Source: an uncultured Bacteroidaceae bacterium
Lineage (GTDB): Bacteria > Bacillota > Clostridia > Christensenellales > CAG-917
DNA length: 64,000 bases
Reading direction: 5' to 3'
Assembly: GCA_964637515.1 (NCBI GenBank)
Contig: CAZWUI010000004.1
Coordinates: 42,324 to 106,323 of the forward strand
Shown here: in pieces, positions 38,277 to 46,520 of the stretch
How positions within the stretch are numbered: position 1 is the stretch's first letter
Layout: every line of letters begins with the position of its first letter
Translations under genes and position numbers: made by a program
The notes under the pieces: generated by a model
Told to the model about the DNA's origin: nothing
Databases searched by the model: none
The model's input: only the letters and a program-made list of their open reading frames with translations

Positions 38277-39250
38277 TGAAAAAACTCCTTTTCGCCGTGG
38301 TGGCGGTTATATTATGTGTCGTTTCGTTTTGCGCTTGCAACGGGACGGCGCATTCTTTTGTTTTCGGCACCTTTCTCGAAATCGACTATGAAGGACTGAA
38401 AAATCCGTCCGACGACGTCGAAAATTATTTCGATATGCTCGAGCAGTGGTTGTCCCCGACGGTCGCGGGCAGTTTCATCAATCAAATCAACTCCGCAAAA
38501 GCAGGGGAGTCGATTTGGTGCAACGACGCGGTCATGGAAATCATGAAAACGGCTGAAAAGGTCTATCGTCTGTCGGGCGGAGCATATGACCCGTCCGTCT
38601 ATCCGCTCGTGAGATTGTGGAATTTCAGTGGCGACTTGTATTCGACCGTCCTTGCAAAACAACCGCCTACGGACGAGGAAATCCAAAATGCAAAACAACT
38701 CGTCGGGCTTGATAAGGCTTTCACTATCGACTACGAGAAAAACACGATAACCAAAAACGCAGGCTACGACGGCGCAATGCTCGACTTCGGCGGAGTCGCA
38801 AAAGGGTATGCTGTGGATAAAGCGGAAGACGGAATTGACTGCAAAGCGCTTATCAATCTCGGCGGAAATATCGTCGCTTGCAACAAGTCGTATACCATTG
38901 GCATAGGCAATCCGAGAGAGAGCAATACGTCCTATTTCGGCAGTCTGACCATTCAAAGCGGTGAGTGTATTTCGACAAGCGGGGACTATGAAAGATACTA
39001 TGAATATGAAGGTGTGAGATATCACCATATTATCAATCCGTTTAGCGGTCGTCCGTCGGATAGCGGAGTGATTTCGGTCAGTGTCATCACCTCGGACGGT
39101 GCGCTCGGCGATGCGGTCGCAACGGCGGTTTTGGTGCTTGGAGCAGATGCGGGTGTCGAACTTCTAAAAAGTCTATCTCTTCGTGCGGTGGTCATATCTT
39201 CCGACTTGAGTTACCGTGTCGTCGGAAACGTTGATTTTGCAAAAAAATAA
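38276..39250 (+). CDS. apbE: FAD:protein FMN transferase (ApbE family), predicted lipoprotein
   Basis: MKKLLFAVVAVILCVVSFCAC signal/lipobox, FGGVAKGYAVDK, TSGDYERY, HHIINPFSG. The ATG overlaps the degV stop (ATAATG). The track start 38192 lies inside degV. Confidence 0.85.
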   Translation: MKKLLFAVVAVILCVVSFCACNGTAHSFVFGTFLEIDYEGLKNPSDDVENYFDMLEQWLSPTVAGSFINQINSAKAGESIWCNDAVMEIMKTAEKVYRLSGGAYDPSVYPLVRLWNFSGDLYSTVLAKQPPTDEEIQNAKQLVGLDKAFTIDYEKNTITKNAGYDGAMLDFGGVAKGYAVDKAEDGIDCKALINLGGNIVACNKSYTIGIGNPRESNTSYFGSLTIQSGECISTSGDYERYYEYEGVRYHHIINPFSGRPSDSGVISVSVITSDGALGDAVATAVLVLGADAGVELLKSLSLRAVVISSDLSYRVVGNVDFAKK

Positions 39251-39278
39251 CTTTATCATTGCATATACGTAGGTTAAA

Positions 39279-39653
39279 ATGCGGAATGAGTTGAAATCCA
39301 ACTTCAAAAAGATTTTCAAAAAAGGGGACTTGATACTCCTTGCCGTCTTTCTCGTTGCCGTGATTTTGACAATAGTTTTTGCTGTCGGCGGGGACGACGA
39401 CGTCGTCCAAATCTTCGTTGACGGACAACTCAAATATGAAATAGGGCTTGACGCTAATACCGAAATTTCCTTGCTCGACGGTGAAATGATTGTCGTCGTC
39501 AGGGACGGTAAAGCGTGGGTTGAATATAGCAACTGCGCCGAGCAACTATGCGTGAATAATACACCCTTGTCATCGTCGGGCGGTATGATAGTCTGTCTGC
39601 CTAACAAGGTCGTCGTCAAAGTCGTTGAAAAGGAGGTGGACGCAATAACGTGA
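39279..39653 (+). CDS. NusG domain II-containing membrane-anchored protein
   Basis: 124 aa. N-terminal TM, then IFVDGQLKYEI...MIVVVRDGKAWVEYSNCAEQLCV...IVCLPNKVVV, typical of the NusG_II family found beside Gx transporters. Confidence 0.7.
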   Translation: MRNELKSNFKKIFKKGDLILLAVFLVAVILTIVFAVGGDDDVVQIFVDGQLKYEIGLDANTEISLLDGEMIVVVRDGKAWVEYSNCAEQLCVNNTPLSSSGGMIVCLPNKVVVKVVEKEVDAIT

Positions 39654-40300
39654 AAACCTCAACGAAGAAAATCGCACTCTCGGGGATTATGCTTGCACTT
39701 GCGCTCATACTATCCATTGTCGAGAGTTATATCCCGCCTATCGTGCCAATGTTGCCGTATGCAAAAATCGGACTCACCAACGTCGTGCTTCTTGCGTGTT
39801 TCTTGCTCGTCGGTGTGTTTGAAGGATATGCGGTGTTGCTTTTGAAGTGCTTGCTTGCCGCAGTTTTCGCAGGCAACTTCTCAATGCTCATCTGGTCGGT
39901 TCCCTCATCTCTTGTCGCATACACAGTTATGGTGCTCCTATTCAAGACCAAAGTTTTCTCGACGGTCGGACTGTCCGTTGCGGGGGGTATGCTCCACAAC
40001 TTCACGCAAATTCTCGTTGCGACGATAGTCGTAGGCACGTCCGTGTTTTTCTATCTGCCGTATATGCTCCTTGCGGGCGGAATGGCAGGATTTGCCACGG
40101 GTATAATATGCCATTTCGCAGTCGAAGGCTTGAAACCGAAACTCACTAAACCCGAAACCGCAACCAATGATGACAACGAAACCGATGAAAGTTGTATTTC
40201 GGATAACACCGAAACGTATGACGTCGCAAACGAAATCGAAACAAACGTCGCAGAAGAAAATATCAAAAACGAAATCACTCAAAGTGACGAAAAAGAATAA
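39650..40300 (+). CDS. Gx transporter family protein (Hpre_diP_synt_I-type membrane protein) with acidic C-terminal tail
   Basis: 216 aa. KIALSGIMLALALILSIVESYIPP...GLTNVVLL and about 5 TM segments. The last ~60 aa are acidic and low-complexity. 4-nt overlap with the upstream gene. Confidence 0.7.
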   Translation: MKTSTKKIALSGIMLALALILSIVESYIPPIVPMLPYAKIGLTNVVLLACFLLVGVFEGYAVLLLKCLLAAVFAGNFSMLIWSVPSSLVAYTVMVLLFKTKVFSTVGLSVAGGMLHNFTQILVATIVVGTSVFFYLPYMLLAGGMAGFATGIICHFAVEGLKPKLTKPETATNDDNETDESCISDNTETYDVANEIETNVAEENIKNEITQSDEKE

Positions 40301-40337
40301 TCACAAAGAAATCACAATTCAAATCTGATGTTGAAAT

Positions 40338-40370
40338 AAAAAAACGGGAAGAGAAGTCTTCCCGTTTTTT
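40338..40370. terminator. Bidirectional rho-independent terminator
   Basis: A-run, stem acgggaag / cttcccgt, 6-nt loop, T-run. Confidence 0.8.
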
Positions 40371-40380
40371 GTGGTGTAGT

Positions 40381-40911
40381 TTAACCGAATAAGAATACGC
40401 CGAGCGATGAGAACAACCACATCACGAGTCCTGCGAAAAATCCTACTATCGCAAAGAAGAAGGAGAGTCTTGCAAGTCCTTTGTGCGTGTTTGCGCCGGC
40501 GACAGAGAGAATCACACCGACAAACGAAGTCGCAAGTGCGACGGATGAGAATATCTTGGTGAGAGAAGCGGTGGTTTGATTTTCGGGGACCATGCCTTCC
40601 ATATTGAAGAAGAGCATAAACACGGAGAGTGCCGCGAAAACGAATGCGACGGCTGTGAGTCCGAGTCCGACGAAAAGCACTATCGAGCGTGCTTTCATAT
40701 TTGAATACACTTGATTTTGGTCTGCCATTTTTTTATTTTTGCGCTTCTTTTTGTCGTTTGATTTGTTTTGTGAATCTGTTTTCGGTGCGTCTTCAACGGG
40801 AAAAACGTCGTCGTGCGAATTGTCTGAAAAGACGTCGTCGACGGGGGTTTTATCCGTCGTGCTCACTGCGGAATCGTTGATGTTGTTTTCTTCGCTTAAG
40901 TTACTACTCAT
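40381..40911 (-). CDS. Membrane protein with disordered N-terminus, unknown function
   Basis: 176 aa. An acidic then KKKRKNKK-rich N-terminal ~70 aa, followed by 4 hydrophobic helices. No family recognised. Confidence 0.55.
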   Translation of the reverse strand: MSSNLSEENNINDSAVSTTDKTPVDDVFSDNSHDDVFPVEDAPKTDSQNKSNDKKKRKNKKMADQNQVYSNMKARSIVLFVGLGLTAVAFVFAALSVFMLFFNMEGMVPENQTTASLTKIFSSVALATSFVGVILSVAGANTHKGLARLSFFFAIVGFFAGLVMWLFSSLGVFLFG

Positions 40912-40969
40912 ACTATCATTTTAATATGTAGCACGGCGATTGTCAACAAAGAATGTTAAAACCCTGAAT

Positions 40970-42268
40970 TTAGGTTGGGTAGGTGCAGGAGTAGACGTCG
41001 AAGCCTCCGAAAGACGCGCGAGTTACACCGTTTGACGACGATGACGAAAACAAGATTTGCACTGCTTTTGAAGCGGGTAAAATCAGGGGAGAAATAACGC
41101 TATTCGGAAGGGCGGAAAGCACTCCTTTTTCGGTGGATAGCAAATAGAAATCGTCGCCGTTTTTCGCAACGAAAATCAAAGAGTTTTTGTTCCGAAGAAA
41201 AGTCGAAACGGAGTCGAAAACAAGGGTATTATCAATGGTTGAAATCAGGTCGAGATGCTTGCAAAACGTGAGAGTTTTTCCGCTTGCGACAAGGTCGAAA
41301 CCGTCTCCGTTGTTAATAATAACACCGTTTGAAACACCGTCAATCGTCTTTCTGTCGCTCAAAGAAAAGTCGTTTGAAAGGGTGGAAAGGACAATCTCTT
41401 TTTCTCCTTTCAGCAGCAAGGTGAGTTTTGAATCGGTCAAATCGCCTACGCTTTCAATTTGCAGTAACGAAAGTTTATCAAGCGAAAACGCAGTGCTAAA
41501 ACCTGAATTGAGTTCAAAACTATATCCGTAGACGTCTTGCTCCGACGACGTTATCACAAGATATTTACCGCCCGAAAACACCACCTTTTCAATGGTCGTC
41601 CCTCTTGTTTTCGTGACATAGGGAGAGCGTTGCTCTTTCACCGAGTCGAGATATTCAGAGAAGTGCAAATAGCCGTCCGCAAGTGAAAATGACGTCAGAG
41701 AATTTCCGTGAAGATAGAACGTGAAATCGTCGGCATACGCAAGTGTGGTTTTTGCACTCAATTCACCGCTCAAAGAAAAGACGGATAGGGTTACGCTTTC
41801 GCTTTCTTTCGTTGCAAGCGCTACACCCTTTTCGGAGAGTTTTGAGTCAAGGTATTCGCCGTCCGAAATCTTGTCTACGAATTGCAATTTTTCGTCCTTG
41901 AAAAACGCTAAATGCAACCCTTTTTCTCGTAGGTCGTATTCGACGGAGTCCGAATTGAAAAATACGAAATTCACGTTTCCGACCGTGACAGCGCCTTTGA
42001 AAAAATCGTCGCCTTCCCCGCCTACGTGCGATACCGTCACGCCGTTGATGATTTCCGCTTTTCTTGGTAGCGTGGTGTAAAACGGCACGTGTGGAGGGGT
42101 GGGTTGAGAAACGTCGCTATTTGCGGGGGTATCGTCCGTTTTGACGACTGCGTCCGCAGTGCCGTCCGCCTTTTTGAAAACTGCGTCGTAGAGAAGATAA
42201 CTCCCTATCGCTACGGTAAGCAGCAGGACTATGGCAAGCCATTTTGCTACGGTTTTTTGTTTGAGCAT
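40970..42268 (-). CDS. Single-pass membrane protein with large beta-rich ectodomain, unknown function
   Basis: 432 aa. N-terminal anchor WLAIVLLLTVAIGSYLLY. Start overlaps the murG 3' end by 22 nt. No family recognised. Confidence 0.6.
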   Translation of the reverse strand: MLKQKTVAKWLAIVLLLTVAIGSYLLYDAVFKKADGTADAVVKTDDTPANSDVSQPTPPHVPFYTTLPRKAEIINGVTVSHVGGEGDDFFKGAVTVGNVNFVFFNSDSVEYDLREKGLHLAFFKDEKLQFVDKISDGEYLDSKLSEKGVALATKESESVTLSVFSLSGELSAKTTLAYADDFTFYLHGNSLTSFSLADGYLHFSEYLDSVKEQRSPYVTKTRGTTIEKVVFSGGKYLVITSSEQDVYGYSFELNSGFSTAFSLDKLSLLQIESVGDLTDSKLTLLLKGEKEIVLSTLSNDFSLSDRKTIDGVSNGVIINNGDGFDLVASGKTLTFCKHLDLISTIDNTLVFDSVSTFLRNKNSLIFVAKNGDDFYLLSTEKGVLSALPNSVISPLILPASKAVQILFSSSSSNGVTRASFGGFDVYSCTYPT

Positions 42269-43284
42269 AATTCACCTCGCCTTATGCTATCACGAATTAT
42301 GCCGAGAATTTTTCCGTTGGTGTCGGTTTCAAGACTTCGCATGGGCGGGGAGTGTAGGGCGGAAGATATTGCGCTTTGCAAAACGGATATATCTTCCTGC
42401 AACACGACAAACCCGCCGTATTCGATGGCGACGTCCGCATTCAAGAGTTGGTCTCCGCGGGAAGCGGTTTTTGGCAGTGGCACGAAAACCGCTCGTTTTT
42501 TGAGAGCGGACAACTCGTATAGGGCGGTTGCGCCCGCTCTTGATACTACGACGTCCGCTGTTGCGTAGACGGACGGCATATCGTCGGAGTATTCGACTGC
42601 GCGGTAGTTTTCGCGGCCGGGGGGATCGTAGCCTTTCCCGGTGATATGGAAAACGAAATACTTTTCGGTGAGAGCGTTGAGATTTTCAAAGACGAAGTCG
42701 TTGAGCGCCTTTGCTCCGCTCGAGCCGCCTACGACGAGAAGTACCGGTTTTTCTGCGTGAAGTTGCTTTTTCATGCTCTTTCCCGAAAATAATTCTTTGC
42801 GAATGGGCATACCCACGTATTCGCCGTCCGTAGACTTCGGGTTGGCGGTCAGGATTTTTGCGCCGAGCATTTTGCCGATTTTGTTGGACAGTCCGAGAGT
42901 CAAATCGGATTCGTGGCACAAAACGGGGATTTTCATTTCTCTTGCCGCTATTACGACGGGGAGCGCTACGTAACCGCCTTTTGAAAAGACGACTGACGGA
43001 GATATTGCTTTGAGAATTTTTCTGCTATCCGAAACTGCGGACGAAAGCACGAACGGAATTGAAAGATTGTTCGCAATCGCTCCCATGGAAAAGGAGCGGG
43101 AGAGTTTCACACTATTGACGGCGTAGTAATCGACTCCGCAATCTTTGCATAGTCGCTTTTCAAGGGTATCCCCCTTTCCGCCTACGTAGACGACTCGATA
43201 TTCTTTTTGCAAATCGGGGATGAGTGCGACATTCGGATAGACGTGTCCTCCCGTCCCGCCGCCTGTGAGAAGGATAGTTTTCAT
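42247..43284 (-). CDS. murG: UDP-GlcNAc:lipid I N-acetylglucosaminyltransferase
   Basis: 345 aa. LLTGGGTGGHVYPNVAL N-terminal G-loop, GGSSGA, and a GT28 C-domain (RAGATALYEL). Confidence 0.9.
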   Translation of the reverse strand: MKTILLTGGGTGGHVYPNVALIPDLQKEYRVVYVGGKGDTLEKRLCKDCGVDYYAVNSVKLSRSFSMGAIANNLSIPFVLSSAVSDSRKILKAISPSVVFSKGGYVALPVVIAAREMKIPVLCHESDLTLGLSNKIGKMLGAKILTANPKSTDGEYVGMPIRKELFSGKSMKKQLHAEKPVLLVVGGSSGAKALNDFVFENLNALTEKYFVFHITGKGYDPPGRENYRAVEYSDDMPSVYATADVVVSRAGATALYELSALKKRAVFVPLPKTASRGDQLLNADVAIEYGGFVVLQEDISVLQSAISSALHSPPMRSLETDTNGKILGIIRDSIRRGELCSNKKP

Positions 43285-43438
43285 TCTTCATATTATGCCC
43301 AAAAGAGAGAGAAGTTTACTTGTATTCACAACAAAAATTCGACGGAAGAAGAAGTTCGGTATTGATTTTTGAAAATGACTGTGATAAGATTATCAACAGT
43401 ATGAATAAGGTGCGCACTCGCACGTTTAGGAGAATTAT

Positions 43439-44362
43439 ATGAAACCCGAAAAATTCAAAAGTTTTGATGGAACAGTGCTTCAATGCTATCTTTGGAACGA
43501 TGTGAAAAACCCCAAAGGTGTTGTTCAAATCTCTCACGGAATGGCGGAACACGCTCGCAGATACGACAATTTCGCAACCTATCTTAACAAGAACGGCTAT
43601 ATCGTTTTCGCAGACGACCACCGCGCTCATGGTCAGACGTCCACCAAGCAGAGTAGTCAAGGCGTGAAAGGATATCACAAGGGCGATATTTATTTCGACA
43701 CCGTCCAAGACGAAGTCGCTATCACCGCATATCTCAAAGAAAAGTACGGTCTTCCCGTGATTCTTCTCGGACACAGTTACGGCAGTTTCATCGCACAACG
43801 CTATCTTGAACTCGACAACGAGGCATCGGGTGTTATTTTGTCGGGCTCGGCGCGTATGGATGCAGCTATCCTTGCAGGCGGTGCGGCACTCAGCAAATTG
43901 CAATACAAACTCCACGGCGGAGAAAAGACTGCAAACCTTCTCGACAAACTCAGTTTCGGCAATTACAACAAGCCTTTCAAAGCGGATAAGACGGATTTTG
44001 CTTGGTTGTCCAGAGACAAAGAACAAGTCAAGAAGTACATATTCGACGATCAATGCGGATACGTTATGTCCATCGCATTCTTCAACTTCTTCCTGAACGG
44101 ACTCAAACAAGCCTACAAATCCGAAAACCTTGCAAAAGTCAACAAGGATAAACCTATCGGAATCTTCTCGGGCGACTGCGACCCCGTCGGCGGAAAGAAA
44201 GGAAAATTCGTCACCGCGCTTTACGAGCAGTATAAAGGACTCGGTGTGAAAGACGTGACCGTGAAACTCTATCCCGAAGCGCGCCATGAGATTTTGAACG
44301 AAATCAACAACGCAGAAGTCTATGCGGACTTCCTTGCAAGAATTAACGAAATGGTGAAATAA
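43439..44362 (+). CDS. Alpha/beta hydrolase (lysophospholipase/monoacylglycerol-lipase-like)
   Basis: 307 aa. ISHGMAEH, nucleophile elbow LLGHSYGS, C-terminal ARHEILNE. Confidence 0.75.
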   Translation: MKPEKFKSFDGTVLQCYLWNDVKNPKGVVQISHGMAEHARRYDNFATYLNKNGYIVFADDHRAHGQTSTKQSSQGVKGYHKGDIYFDTVQDEVAITAYLKEKYGLPVILLGHSYGSFIAQRYLELDNEASGVILSGSARMDAAILAGGAALSKLQYKLHGGEKTANLLDKLSFGNYNKPFKADKTDFAWLSRDKEQVKKYIFDDQCGYVMSIAFFNFFLNGLKQAYKSENLAKVNKDKPIGIFSGDCDPVGGKKGKFVTALYEQYKGLGVKDVTVKLYPEARHEILNEINNAEVYADFLARINEMVK

Positions 44363-44401
44363 TCGGTTAGAATATCGAAAAGTTCACAACTGAAAATCCA
44401 C

Positions 44402-44436
44402 TTAACGCTCTCAAAAACGGGAGCGTTAAATTTTTT
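44402..44436 (+). terminator. Rho-independent terminator
   Basis: Stem ttaacgctc / gagcgttaa, 10-nt loop, run of 6 T. Confidence 0.7.
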
Positions 44437-44457
44437 CAATTTGTGCGTCGATGACGC

Positions 44458-44486
44458 TTGAAATCCACAACATATTGTGATATAAT
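44458..44486 (+). promoter_or_regulatory. Sigma-A type promoter (extended -10) of the topoisomerase operon
   Basis: TTGAAA (44458-44463), 17 nt ending in TGA, TATAAT (44481-44486). The track ORF start at 44458 coincides with the -35 box. Confidence 0.55.
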
Positions 44487-44550
44487 AGCGTTATTATTGT
44501 ATTTATTATATATCGCGCTCACGCTGCACGATTTAAGAAAGGACGGAAAA

Positions 44551-46518
44551 ATGGCAATTCAAAAGTATACTGCCGGCGACATCAAGATTTTGGAAGGACT
44601 TGACGCCGTAAGAAAACGCCCCGGAATGTATATAGGTACAACGGGCAACAAGGGTCTTCATCATATTCTTTGGGAAATCATCGACAACAGCGTCGACGAA
44701 GTCGCAAACGGCTTTGGCGACACCGTCAAAATCGAACTCCTCGACAACTGTGTCGCAAGGGTTAGCGACAACGGCAGAGGTATGCCCGTAGACAAACACC
44801 CAAAACTCAAAATCAGCGGTGTTGAAGTCATATTCACACAACTCCACGCAGGCGCGAAATTCGACAACGACCAATATTCGTTTTCGGGCGGTCTGCACGG
44901 CGTGGGCGCAAGCGTAACCAACGCTCTTTCGGAATGGCTCAAAGTCGAAGTCATGCGAGACGGCAATCTTTACCGTGCGGAATTTTATTCCCCTGAAGTC
45001 GGCAACGGCAAAATCAAAAGCGGTGCGGTGAAAACCCCGCTCACTCTTGTCGGAAAGACAAAGGGACAAGGCTCAGTTGTCACTTTCAAACCCGACGAAA
45101 GAGTCTTCGGACAAGAGAAATTCAACTATTCGGTCATTGCGGAAAGAATGCGCGACGTCGCCTATCTCAACAAGGGTATGACTATCATCATTCAGGACTT
45201 GCGCATACCCCTTGACGGCGGCACCGAGAAAACGGACGTCTTCTGTTTCAAGGGCGGTATTGCGGACTACGTGCAATATCTCAACGAAGGCAAAAACGTG
45301 CTTTACGACAAACCTTTGTACGTCGAAGCGAAAGAAAAAAACTTTGAAGTTGCGGTCGCAATTCAACATACGGACGGCTATTCGGAGAGTATTTATAGTT
45401 ACGTCAACAGCATTCCTACCGCAGAAGGCGGCACTCACGAAGTCGGTTTCAAGAGCGCAGTCACGAGAGTTTTCAACGACTACGCAAGAAAGAACAATAT
45501 CCTGAAAGAGAAGCAAGCCAATTTGCTCGGTGAAGATTTCAGGGAAGGTATGGTTGCGGTCATAACCGTCAAGATGCAAAACGTGCAGTTTGAAGGGCAG
45601 ACCAAGGGCAAACTCGGCAACCCCGAAGTCAGACAAAAGGTTGAAAGCCTTGTGGGCGACCAACTTGAAGAGCTTCTTCAAATGCGCGGATACAAGTCCA
45701 GTGCGGAAAAGATTATATCCAAGGCAATGGGTGCGGCGCGCACGAGAGAAGCGGCGAAGAAAGCAAAGGATATTGCTCGTCAACAAAACAAACTCAACGG
45801 CGCAAATCTCATCGGCAAATTGTCCAGTTGCTCGGGCAGAAACTATTCGATAAACGAATTGTTTATAGTGGAAGGCGACTCCGCAGGCGGAAGTGCGAAA
45901 CAAGCGAGAGACCGCAGTTTCCAAGCGATATTGCCCTTGCGCGGAAAGCCGTTGAACGTCGAAAAAGCACCCCTTGAAAAGATACTGGCAAACGAAGAAA
46001 TTTCCACTATCATCAGCGCACTCGGCACGGGTATCGAACCTGCTTTCGACCTGTCCGGACTTCGCTATGACAAAGTCATCATCCTTGCGGACGCGGACCA
46101 AGACGGCGCACATATTCGCGCGTTGCTCCTGACGTTCTTCTTCCGCTATATGCGCCAACTCATCACGGAAGGACACGTGTATATCGGTATGCCTCCGCTT
46201 TACAAACTGCAAAAGAAGGACGAGATAAGATACTGCTATGACGACGACGCACTTGCGGTTGCGCAAAAGGAAATGGGAAAAACCGCTCTTCTGCAACGTT
46301 TCAAAGGTCTTGGCGAAATGAACCCCGAACAACTTTGGGACACCGCAATGGACCCCGCAAAACGCGCACTCACGAGAGTAACGATAGAGGACGCAGCGGC
46401 GGCGGATAAGCGTATCACGGTGCTTATGGGGGACGATAGCACGATAAGAAAAGACTATATCTATCAATACGCGGATTTCAACAAGGTTGATTCCTTCAAA
46501 GTCAACGGGGAGGATTGA
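44551..46518 (+). CDS. Type IIA topoisomerase subunit B (GyrB/ParE family; probably the topo IV-like ParE)
   Basis: 655 aa from ATG 44551 (AAGGA RBS). [30 protein letters not shown], Toprim [27 protein letters not shown]. Confidence 0.85.
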   Translation: MAIQKYTAGDIKILEGLDAVRKRPGMYIGTTGNKGLHHILWEIIDNSVDEVANGFGDTVKIELLDNCVARVSDNGRGMPVDKHPKLKISGVEVIFTQLHAGAKFDNDQYSFSGGLHGVGASVTNALSEWLKVEVMRDGNLYRAEFYSPEVGNGKIKSGAVKTPLTLVGKTKGQGSVVTFKPDERVFGQEKFNYSVIAERMRDVAYLNKGMTIIIQDLRIPLDGGTEKTDVFCFKGGIADYVQYLNEGKNVLYDKPLYVEAKEKNFEVAVAIQHTDGYSESIYSYVNSIPTAEGGTHEVGFKSAVTRVFNDYARKNNILKEKQANLLGEDFREGMVAVITVKMQNVQFEGQTKGKLGNPEVRQKVESLVGDQLEELLQMRGYKSSAEKIISKAMGAARTREAAKKAKDIARQQNKLNGANLIGKLSSCSGRNYSINELFIVEGDSAGGSAKQARDRSFQAILPLRGKPLNVEKAPLEKILANEEISTIISALGTGIEPAFDLSGLRYDKVIILADADQDGAHIRALLLTFFFRYMRQLITEGHVYIGMPPLYKLQKKDEIRYCYDDDALAVAQKEMGKTALLQRFKGLGEMNPEQLWDTAMDPAKRALTRVTIEDAAAADKRITVLMGDDSTIRKDYIYQYADFNKVDSFKVNGED

Positions 46519-46520
46519 TT

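Noticed and set aside
44393-44470. Two AAATCCAC motifs near the topoisomerase promoter, considered as DnaA boxes or oriC
   Set aside because: Each has two mismatches to TTATCCACA. There are only two copies, no AT-rich unwinding element, and no dnaA or dnaN nearby.
44458-44550. N-terminal extensions in the ORF track (44458, 38192, 58464, 30211, 32300, 23945, 17658, 15846, 35986, 35266, 54751, 15296)
   Set aside because: Most of these extensions overlap the upstream gene or a promoter box, and I saw an RBS for none of them. An internal ATG (with a GGAGG-type RBS at most sites, none at 54817) reproduces the family-typical N-terminus.
45073-46467. Other long antisense ORFs (45073..46467, 21280..22593, 51257..52435, 48741..49880, 17625..18692, 57535..58536, 43316..44287, 31204..32085, 19342..20148)
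   Set aside because: Each lies opposite a confidently identified gene. Those I checked (45073, 21280, 51257, 48741 and 17625) are in register with the sense frame. None has translation signals. They are the same codon-bias artefact.
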